A DNA stretch of 32,000 nt, from positions 1-32,000 of the forward strand of contig NZ_FNOR01000019.1 of the NCBI RefSeq assembly GCF_900107095.1, written 5' to 3'. Source of the DNA: Collimonas sp. OK242. GTDB taxonomy: Bacteria; Pseudomonadota; Gammaproteobacteria; Burkholderiales; Burkholderiaceae_D. Both the position numbers and the translations under genes were made by a program. Positions 8,466-15,469 of the stretch are shown here, in pieces (within the stretch, counting starts at the first letter, position 1; each line of letters opens with the position of its first letter). The notes beneath the pieces were generated by a model. The model was not told the DNA's origin. It made no database searches and saw nothing but the letters and a program-made list of their open reading frames with translations.

Positions 8466-9989
8466 ATGACGGCAGCATTTGAAATAACTAATACTGGGCA
8501 CGCGACCATGAAGAATTCCAAGAAAAATAATCTACAAAGCGCAGGCAATTTCACGATACCAAATGAACAAAAAGTATTTGGAAACCTTCATCTAAATGGC
8601 CGCAGCACAGTATTGCATCTTCAGCCCAAAGCTGAATTATCACCGCTCGATGAGAACAGCGTAATAAATGGAGAGTTGGGTGATCTCAGAAAAGTGAGCT
8701 GCTTACAGTGCGTCGTTGGATCTACAGGAGGTGGATTTCGAGGTGATGCTGGACAGTATCACTATGCTGACATATTCCCACATTTTGTCACTATAGGGGA
8801 TCAGCACTTAAAACCTGACGCGCACTCCATCAAAGCCGCTCATTTCACAACCAATGACGTGCCCTTGATTTTCAACGACTTTGGCGCATTCGGCCACTTT
8901 ACAGATTCAAACTCGCTAGTTAAATCTTTTGTTAAGGAAAATAGGCCCACGCACGAAATTGCACTTGGCGACTCACCCGAAATTTTCTATTTTTCAGGGA
9001 AAGATGAGGTTATTGCAGTAGATACACCTATCGGCCAGTTCCGCGTATCTCATCGACCAAGCTACCGTACGGGCGGTTCAAATGGTTCGCTCGTAAAGAA
9101 CAGCATGATTGTGACCTTGGAATACTCTGAGCCGGTCGTCCTTGGCGTGTGCATCGAGAGACTGATGTCGATCCACCGATTCCTTAGCCTCATGGCAGGT
9201 CGCAAGCAGTCAATCGAGTCAGTCTCTCTTGAGCTTGTCGGCCATTCCGTCAGCAAGCCGTCACTGCTTGAGTTGCACTGGTCTTTCGCGCCCAAACGGC
9301 CCAAAAAAGATGATAACGTGCCTCGTATAGGAGATATTCCTCTCGATGCAGTTCGTCGACCGGAGGAATTTAAAGTCGTTCTCAAAAATTGGCTAAGTCG
9401 AGAAGCCGAATGGCGGACAGCACGTATCCGATACGCAGGATGTATGGGAAAAGGAAACTCTTATAGTATTGATCGCATTGTCGCCGCCGCAAATATGTTT
9501 GATATTTTGCCCCAGGATGCGATGCCATCGGCATCTCCTCTTTCGGACGAACTTATCAAGGCACAGAAGGATTGTCGTGAAATTTTGAAGCGATTAGCTG
9601 TGGGAGTAGAGCGAGACAGCATACTTGGGGCACTAGGCAGGATGAACCAGCCTTCGCTCACGAAGAAAGTACTTCATCGAGTCGATATGGTGAATGTCCA
9701 TTTGGCCAGTCAATTTCCTGAGCTTGCGTCGGTTGCTACTACAGCGGTCAAGATCCGCAATTTCTTCGTGCATGGAAGCTCAGGTGGCTTTGATCCAGAG
9801 AAATTAGAGCCGTTACTGCCATTTCTCACGAATACTCTGGAATTTATCTTTGCCGCGTCTGATTTGATAAATGCCGGTTGGGATGCTCCAGCTTGGGGCA
9901 AAAGGCACCATAGTCGGGGGCATAATTTCATAAGTTTTCGGTGGGGTTACGAAAATCATCTTGCGCTTCTGAAGAAAGCTCTGTCGTAA
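8466..9989 (+). CDS. ApeA-like defence protein: ApeA-type N-terminal domain plus a C-terminal HEPN RNase-like domain
   Basis: An RNFFVH (Rx4H) HEPN motif at nt 9756-9773. The N-terminal GNFTIPNEQKVFGNLHLNGRSTVLHL resembles the ApeA_NTD1 opening (GxFWLP...GxLxf). The start is uncertain (8466 or the ATG at 8508). Confidence 0.6.
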   Translation: MTAAFEITNTGHATMKNSKKNNLQSAGNFTIPNEQKVFGNLHLNGRSTVLHLQPKAELSPLDENSVINGELGDLRKVSCLQCVVGSTGGGFRGDAGQYHYADIFPHFVTIGDQHLKPDAHSIKAAHFTTNDVPLIFNDFGAFGHFTDSNSLVKSFVKENRPTHEIALGDSPEIFYFSGKDEVIAVDTPIGQFRVSHRPSYRTGGSNGSLVKNSMIVTLEYSEPVVLGVCIERLMSIHRFLSLMAGRKQSIESVSLELVGHSVSKPSLLELHWSFAPKRPKKDDNVPRIGDIPLDAVRRPEEFKVVLKNWLSREAEWRTARIRYAGCMGKGNSYSIDRIVAAANMFDILPQDAMPSASPLSDELIKAQKDCREILKRLAVGVERDSILGALGRMNQPSLTKKVLHRVDMVNVHLASQFPELASVATTAVKIRNFFVHGSSGGFDPEKLEPLLPFLTNTLEFIFAASDLINAGWDAPAWGKRHHSRGHNFISFRWGYENHLALLKKALS

Positions 9990-10026
9990 CATCGCTACGA
10001 CGTTCGAAGTGACATGCGTCACGCTT

Positions 10027-10908
10027 CTATGCCGGTGCTGGACCGAATAGTCTCTCAAACAAGGCCAGAACATTCTTTCTCATATCTAACTGCTGCTGCA
10101 TGAACTCTGCCTCATCAGGCGACAAGTGAATTTCTTTCCTCAACGAGCTAATTAGCTGCACCATTGTTTTTTGTAAAGGTTCCATTTCCGCGATCAGTTT
10201 ACGCGAGTAGGCTAATTGTTGCGGGGCGAGAGCTTCTCTCATATGAGCCCGGTGTCTTTTGATTGCATCCACAAGATCATTTGCCTCTTTCCAAGCCTTT
10301 TGAACTGCCTCGATAACGTTAGCGTCTGCCCCTTGCTCAGCCAGATCGGCAAGTTTCACACTTTTGCGCAGCACCTCGCTTTCGGCGTGGATCAGCTTCT
10401 TATTTAGCTCCCAGACTGGATCCAGCGCTAATCGTAGAGGAAATGCAGATGCTAGCGCCAGCAAGTACACTTCTGACATTTTGTTAGCAAGGTCGCGCGA
10501 TAAATGAGCAGCTTCCGACTCTGCTACAAGCCAAATTTTTGAGTTGGCCTTTAAGAAAACCTGAAGGGCATCACTATCAGTGTTTCCGGAAAAATCTAAG
10601 GGCTTAAAAGGGAAACCACCAATAGCCCCAAGAGCCGCGTGTGTCTCCTCCACTGCTTTCGTGTAGACCTCACGCCTAATTGCTGCTTTTCGATCTTCCT
10701 CTTTTTGGATGGCGTCATGGGATCGCTGTTTGTCAGCTTCCAATTTATCGTGAACGTGTTGGTCTCTCAAACGCTTGTAGCTGCTATTGTTGGCAGAACG
10801 GATCCCAACATACGACATGCCGGATGCCAGCAAGGCACCAATTGCCCCCGACCAAATCACAGCCGGTATGCTATCAATCCAAACGAAAAACGCGTCCCAC
10901 AAATCCAT
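10027..10908 (-). CDS. Hypothetical membrane-anchored all-alpha protein (one N-terminal TM, then a ~250-aa helical/coiled-coil region)
   Basis: A hydrophobic segment IPAVIWSGAIGALLASGMSYVGI is followed by charged helical sequence. GAGGTG lies upstream of the ATG, 60 nt downstream of the DUF4145 gene on the same strand. Confidence 0.7.
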   Translation of the reverse strand: MDLWDAFFVWIDSIPAVIWSGAIGALLASGMSYVGIRSANNSSYKRLRDQHVHDKLEADKQRSHDAIQKEEDRKAAIRREVYTKAVEETHAALGAIGGFPFKPLDFSGNTDSDALQVFLKANSKIWLVAESEAAHLSRDLANKMSEVYLLALASAFPLRLALDPVWELNKKLIHAESEVLRKSVKLADLAEQGADANVIEAVQKAWKEANDLVDAIKRHRAHMREALAPQQLAYSRKLIAEMEPLQKTMVQLISSLRKEIHLSPDEAEFMQQQLDMRKNVLALFERLFGPAPA

Positions 10909-10968
10909 CTTTCACCTCAAATCATTGATGTAACTTGGAACACGTGGGCTTCGCGTAAGCTGAAGCTG

Positions 10969-11622
10969 TTATTGCTTCATCTCTGGTTTTCCAGCCGCTT
11001 TGAGTTTTGCATTTAGTGCATCTCGTCTTTGCTTTGCTTTTTCCGGTTGAACGTAGAAAAAATCAAATAACTCTTCCAAAACGTCTAAGTTCCACTCTGC
11101 CTCCTCGGGTTCCACGGACATAATTGACCCGCTGCTGGTGTCCTTCATTGGATGGGCGGCAAAATTACCTATATTGCGTACCGCGTCCAGATTGTCGGCA
11201 ATTGCAGGTGGCAATTTATTTGAATCTATAGCTGCCTTAATTGCTGGAGCAAGATTGTGTTGAGTGAAGCCATTCTCGTGCAACACGCCTTGAAGACAAC
11301 GCCGACTCAATGCAGCAGACGCTTTAGGGCTATCAGATAGTACAAGGCACGCTTCGTTAAAATCCTCTGCGAGATTTGCTGGCACCTCTGCCGGTGCCTT
11401 CGGCCTATTAGCCGCACGAGGATAGACTAATCGCATCGGTGTACCAATAATCCCGTTTCCTAACTGAGAGGATAGGAAAATTATCGCGTCATGGCAGGAT
11501 GGACATTCCATATGCGTCGCGGTCCAATATAAAGGTGCGCCGTGTTTTTCCCCAATTGCTGGATTAAACGTTGTTGTGTGAAAGCCTGGATGAATCTCAA
11601 TTTGGCAGTGCGGACATTGCAT
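10969..11622 (-). CDS. Zn-ribbon (CPHC...CPSC) plus DUF4145-like domain protein, 217 aa
   Basis: Cys pairs at residues 3/6 and 40/43. LDAVRNIGNFAAHP (nt 11152-11178 cover R149-H157) matches the conserved RxxGNxxAH signature I associate with DUF4145 (PF13643). AGGGG lies 6 nt upstream of the ATG. Confidence 0.7.
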   Translation of the reverse strand: MQCPHCQIEIHPGFHTTTFNPAIGEKHGAPLYWTATHMECPSCHDAIIFLSSQLGNGIIGTPMRLVYPRAANRPKAPAEVPANLAEDFNEACLVLSDSPKASAALSRRCLQGVLHENGFTQHNLAPAIKAAIDSNKLPPAIADNLDAVRNIGNFAAHPMKDTSSGSIMSVEPEEAEWNLDVLEELFDFFYVQPEKAKQRRDALNAKLKAAGKPEMKQ

Positions 11623-11745
11623 TGTTGGCCCCTAACAGAAAATGATTGTGCAGTTCATATAGTTTTTATTTATGCAAGTTAGAGTATCCGGAATACTGCC
11701 CAATTGCATCAATTTGCATCAAAATAATTCTCACCTGTCTTGCCA

Positions 11746-11773
11746 TTGCCATATTTCGCAAATCTCATATACT
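11746..11773 (+). promoter_or_regulatory. Sigma70-type promoter TTGCCA-N16-TATACT
   Basis: The -35 is at 11746-11751 and the -10 at 11768-11773. The -10 overlaps the LexA box. Confidence 0.55.
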
Positions 11774-11789
11774 GTACATTCATACAGTT
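11770..11789. promoter_or_regulatory. LexA (SOS) box TACTGTACATTCATACAGTT
   Basis: CTGT (11772-11775)-N8-ACAG (11784-11787) with TA/T flanks, a full match to the beta/gammaproteobacterial CTGT-N8-ACAG core. Confidence 0.7.
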
Positions 11790-11805
11790 GTTTGGGGTGG
11801 CAAAA

Positions 11806-11940
11806 ATGTTTGTGCGTGTCGAATGCCTCTGGGATGAGGGACGCCGATTAGAACGTGACGTATTGGCAGCACGCAAGAGAAATTGCATTTGTGGCGAACT
11901 GCGCCTAGAGCGTCAAAAGCATGAATATCTTGCGGAGTGA
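11806..11940 (+). CDS. 44-aa ORF (MFVRVECLWDEGRRLERDVLAARKRNCICGELRLERQKHEYLAE) downstream of the SOS promoter
   Basis: GGGGTGG lies 5 nt upstream of the ATG, which is 17 nt downstream of the LexA box. The product is charged and helical-looking with 3 Cys. It may instead be part of a non-coding RNA. Confidence 0.4.
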   Translation: MFVRVECLWDEGRRLERDVLAARKRNCICGELRLERQKHEYLAE

Positions 11941-12020
11941 ACTACTCTTGTGGCACGTCTAATGAATGGGGACTTTGACTCACTGTCACCGTTACAAGAT
12001 GCTGTAGATTAGATCGGTGG

Positions 12021-12040
12021 ATAGCGTTTTAAAACGCTAT
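12021..12040 (+). terminator. Perfect 20-bp palindrome ATAGCGTTTTAAAACGCTAT, then TTGAGTCTT; likely end of the SOS-controlled transcript
   Basis: Read directly from the sequence, 80 nt after the micro-ORF stop. Confidence 0.4.
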
Positions 12041-12152
12041 TTGAGTCTTAAATTAATCCGCTGATTTCGCAATCAATTACGATTTTGGTTCAGCCTATGG
12101 CTGTATCTGATACGTCTTGAAAATTTGGAGATTCCGGCGAATGCGGGAACCT

Positions 12153-12899
12153 TTATTCTGATTGCAATGTTTTTTGAGCGAATCGTATTTGCACAAAACT
12201 TTGCCCGGGAAATATGCTTTGCAACGCGATTTGCATTTGGTTATCCATTTTCTTCGTCGTGGCGATGCCCTCGTCCACTTGCCTGATGAATTGATCGGTC
12301 AACGCGGCCAGCTTGGCATACTCAGCTCTAAAAATCGTCTGCAATGATTCGTGCGTCAGATTAGGGATGTTCTTTGAAAGCACGGCCTTGCGCAAATCAT
12401 CGTGCGCGACGGCTCGCAGTTCAACGGTGTTGAGCAGAGCTTGATGATGCCAGTCAAGGACTCGCAACTCCACCAGAGCCATTGAGCACAGCTCGCCGTC
12501 TTGATCCAGAAAATAGTTGAGGCTGTCGAAATCGAAATGGAGCGATTGCATCATGCCGGGCTGCGGCGAGTCCATGAGGAATGCACGGTCTTCGCTTTGC
12601 CTGATGTCTTCGTGATCTATGAAGAATTGACGCAAATTGTCGAATACGTTGAACATGGTTGCAATTGTGAACAACGCTTTGTTCGCTGACGAAATACGTA
12701 TATTGCGCTCGGCCTCATCGCGTGTTTTCCGCTCCGCGCTGAACGCAGCCCATCCGCCTGCCCACGCCGCTACAAATGTTCCGAAGACTGTGACGATGAG
12801 ATCGACGTATCTATCATGATGCGTGTAGATCAGCACTCCGGAAAAAATGAATGCGGCGAGAATGACTACGATGAACGGACGGTTGAATTTGGACAGCAT
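12153..12899 (-). CDS. Hypothetical protein with an N-terminal 2-TM hairpin plus a ~190-aa soluble helical domain (248 aa from MLSKFNRP)
   Basis: Two hydrophobic helices (FIVVILAAFIFSGVLIY; LIVTVFGTFVAAWAGGWAAF). I take the start at 12899 because the ORF-track start (13001) overlaps the upstream gene. Confidence 0.6.
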   Translation of the reverse strand: MLSKFNRPFIVVILAAFIFSGVLIYTHHDRYVDLIVTVFGTFVAAWAGGWAAFSAERKTRDEAERNIRISSANKALFTIATMFNVFDNLRQFFIDHEDIRQSEDRAFLMDSPQPGMMQSLHFDFDSLNYFLDQDGELCSMALVELRVLDWHHQALLNTVELRAVAHDDLRKAVLSKNIPNLTHESLQTIFRAEYAKLAALTDQFIRQVDEGIATTKKMDNQMQIALQSIFPGQSFVQIRFAQKTLQSE

Positions 12900-12952
12900 C
12901 GCGCTTTTCCATGAAATGGGGGCAGTGCACAGTATGAAAATGGGTTGAATGT

Positions 12953-13582
12953 CTATGCGTCGGTGCGCGGCTTCGATTCTCGAAATCCACGAACGATCCA
13001 ACGGACGACGGAAGCGAAAAGCTCAGAAAACATCCATAACAGCAATGGAAGCGCGATGCCGACAAGTAGGAAGCGGGACCAACGAATTTCCGATGTCTTC
13101 GGAATGCCATCCTGTTTCGACCAATAGATTTCCCAAGGTTTGATCTCTCTCTCCGTCGACAGATCGAATCCTTTCTTATCGCCACTCTGCTTGGCTTGCT
13201 GATTCTTGGGAACGAGAGATGCGGCCGAGCGGGGGGCGCGCAGCAAGGCTTCCAATCGGGCCGCGAGTTCCGGCGTCAACTTGTTGGGCATGTCCACTAT
13301 GGTGCCGTCAGGCATCTGCACGGGGACAGCGGACTGTCCCTCTTCCTTTTCTCGGCGAACAGCGAATTCAATTTCTTCTTGGTCCGAAAGCCGGACGTTG
13401 CGGCCATCCGGCAAAGTGGCCGTGTCGCCTTTGACCAATGTCCCGACAGGAATACCTTGATAAACGAAGTAGCCGTCGTTCTTGCTGAAATAATCCGTTC
13501 CCGCGATTATCGACGCGATGCCGATCCACAGTATCGACATCGCCAAGGCGATGCGCCTCCACCCATTTAAGCGGACAACCAT
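12953..13582 (-). CDS. Hypothetical membrane protein with N- and C-terminal TM helices flanking a ~150-aa charged domain (209 aa from MVVRLNGW)
   Basis: GGGAGA lies 5 nt upstream of the ATG at 13582. TM segments are IALAMSILWIGIASIIAG and FLLVGIALPLLLWMFSELFASVV. Confidence 0.6.
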   Translation of the reverse strand: MVVRLNGWRRIALAMSILWIGIASIIAGTDYFSKNDGYFVYQGIPVGTLVKGDTATLPDGRNVRLSDQEEIEFAVRREKEEGQSAVPVQMPDGTIVDMPNKLTPELAARLEALLRAPRSAASLVPKNQQAKQSGDKKGFDLSTEREIKPWEIYWSKQDGIPKTSEIRWSRFLLVGIALPLLLWMFSELFASVVRWIVRGFRESKPRTDA

Positions 13583-13964
13583 ATTTTTCTCCCGTCGATA
13601 TACCGCTGGAGTAGACAGGCTATCACAACAGGCAAATTCGATGCCTCCATTCAATCAAAGCGGCAATTAGAGACTCTATGGATCAGATCGGGGAATTGTT
13701 TGGCGAGTGGCTTCGGTCACTCGCCATTTTTATCGGGCAAACGAAAAGTTTAAAAAATTGCCGGAGATTTTTGAGGCTACGGGTGAGCAAAATTAAAAAA
13801 TTGCCCGTTAATAAGTGTACCCGCCACTTTCAAAGCGGACGGCTAACTAACTTTGGTCTCGATGGTGGCGAGTTAGGATTTTCTGACCGAATAAGTTCTT
13901 GGTTTTTGCGACTCAAAGAAATGAAGCGGGTCGATACAGACCATCCATTTTGTACCCTGAGAGG

Positions 13965-13999
13965 CAAAAAATGAAAAAGGCCAATCCGAAGATTGGCCT
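13965..13999 (-). terminator. Rho-independent terminator of tRNA-Pro
   Basis: The minus strand reads AGGCCAATC-TTCG-GATTGGCCT followed by TTTTCATTTTTG, starting 17 nt after the tRNA 3' end. Confidence 0.75.
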
Positions 14000-14015
14000 A
14001 AGTCATTGATTCAAT

Positions 14016-14092
14016 TGGTCGGGGCGAGAAGATTCGAACTTCCGACCCCTTGCACCCCATGCAAGTACGCTACCAGGCTGCGCTACGCCCCG
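14016..14092 (-). tRNA. tRNA-Pro (anticodon GGG), 77 nt with encoded CCA
   Basis: The minus strand reads CGGGGCG-TA-GCGC-AGCCTGGTA-GCGT-A-CTTGC-ATGGGGT-GCAAG-GGGTC-GGAAG-TTCGAAT-CTTCT-CGCCCCG-ACCA. This is a cloverleaf with anticodon loop AU-GGG-GU. A TATAAT at 14103-14108 (minus strand) is a likely -10. Confidence 0.9.
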
Positions 14093-14244
14093 ACAAGCCT
14101 GCTATTATATCAGAGCAAAATTGCTTTGTTTCCAAGGCAATACATAAAATTTTAACTGTTTGTTCGCCAGACGATGACGCCGTTCATTGCAGTTTGCAAT
14201 GAACCGTCAGATCGCCCGGCCGGCAATCCTCATTCGATAATCTT

Positions 14245-15366
14245 ATGCCAATAAAAATTAGCCAGCAGTTTGACGCCGCCGCCATCGAAGTGTTGCGCGC
14301 CGATAGTCCTCAGCAGATTGAATTGAACATCCGTAGCGACTCGCATGCGGATTTCACGCAATGGTTCTATTTCCGCTTGCAAGGTGCGCGCGGCGAGGCT
14401 TGCCGCATCCGTTTCATGAATGCCGGCGCCGCTACCTATCCCAAGGGCTGGGAAAACTATCAGGCGGTGGCCAGCTACGATCGCGAGACCTGGTTCCGGG
14501 TGCCGACCAGTTTTGACTGCGAGGTGATGACCATTGCCCATACGCCGGAACGCGATAGCGTGTATTACGCCTATTTCGAACCGTATTCGTGGGAGCGTCA
14601 TCTGGCCTTGCTGGGGCGCGCAGAGAAATCGCCTTTGGCGCGGGTGCAGGATCTGGGCGGCACGGTTGACGGTCGCGATATGAATCTGCTGGTGATCGGC
14701 AATCCGGCCGCGGCCAAGAAGGTGTGGGTGATTGCGCGCCAGCATCCGGGTGAAACCATGGCGGAATGGTTTGTCGAGGGCATGGTCGATGCATTGCTGG
14801 ACCGTGCCAATCCGCTGGCGAACAAGGTGCTGCAGCATGCGGTGTTCTACATCGTGCCGAACATGAATCCGGATGGTTCCGTGCGCGGCAACCTGCGGAC
14901 CAACGCTGCCGGCGCCAACCTGAATCGCGAGTGGATGACGCCGTCGCTGGAGCGCAGCCCCGAAGTATTTGTGGTCAAGAACAAGATTCACGAAACCGGC
15001 TGCGATCTGTTCCTGGACGTGCATGGCGATGAGGCTTTGCCGTATGTGTTTGTGGCCGGCTCGGAAATGCTGGAAGATTTTAGTCCGCAGCAGGGCGTGG
15101 AGCAGCAAAAATTCATAGCCGATTTCTTGCGCGCCAGCCCGGATTTCCAGACTGAATACGGCTATGCGGCGAGCAAGTACAGCAGCGATGTGCTGACCCT
15201 GGCGTCGAAATATGTCGGCCATACCTTCAAGTGCATATCGCTGACCCTGGAGTTGCCGTTCAAGGATAACGTCAACCTGCCGGATGCGCAGGTCGGCTGG
15301 GATGGCGCTCGCAGTGCGCGTTTGGGGGCGGTGGTGTTGCAGCCGATATTGCGGGCGTTTGAATAG
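14245..15366 (+). CDS. M14-family zinc carboxypeptidase (cytosolic carboxypeptidase-like, with an N-terminal beta domain)
   Basis: ARQHPGETMAEW (HxxE zinc motif), NPDG...R.N..G.NLNR and LDVHGDE motifs. Confidence 0.85.
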   Translation: MPIKISQQFDAAAIEVLRADSPQQIELNIRSDSHADFTQWFYFRLQGARGEACRIRFMNAGAATYPKGWENYQAVASYDRETWFRVPTSFDCEVMTIAHTPERDSVYYAYFEPYSWERHLALLGRAEKSPLARVQDLGGTVDGRDMNLLVIGNPAAAKKVWVIARQHPGETMAEWFVEGMVDALLDRANPLANKVLQHAVFYIVPNMNPDGSVRGNLRTNAAGANLNREWMTPSLERSPEVFVVKNKIHETGCDLFLDVHGDEALPYVFVAGSEMLEDFSPQQGVEQQKFIADFLRASPDFQTEYGYAASKYSSDVLTLASKYVGHTFKCISLTLELPFKDNVNLPDAQVGWDGARSARLGAVVLQPILRAFE

Positions 15367-15403
15367 GCCGTACTGCATGCGGTCTTGGTGCATGTTGTGA
15401 AAG

Positions 15404-15437
15404 AGCCGGGCATGTCCAACATGCCCGGCTTTTTTTT
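15404..15437 (+). terminator. Rho-independent terminator (AGCCGGGCATG-TCCAA-CATGCCCGGCT plus T8); may act bidirectionally with the convergent pirin gene
   Basis: An 11-bp stem and a T-run, read directly from the sequence. Confidence 0.85.
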
Positions 15438-15469
15438 GCGCCGTAGTTCTGCTGAGCCGGCAGCGACTG

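Noticed and set aside
13678-13974. 98-aa plus-strand ORF between the membrane operon and tRNA-Pro
   Set aside because: It has no SD and a K/R/L-rich low-complexity product. It runs into the tRNA terminator and contains the 13-bp direct repeats, so it is more likely non-coding.
14230-15393. 387-aa minus-strand ORF opposite the M14 carboxypeptidase gene
   Set aside because: It is an R/H/Q/A-rich shadow ORF with no motifs. The plus-strand product has clear M14 zinc-binding motifs.
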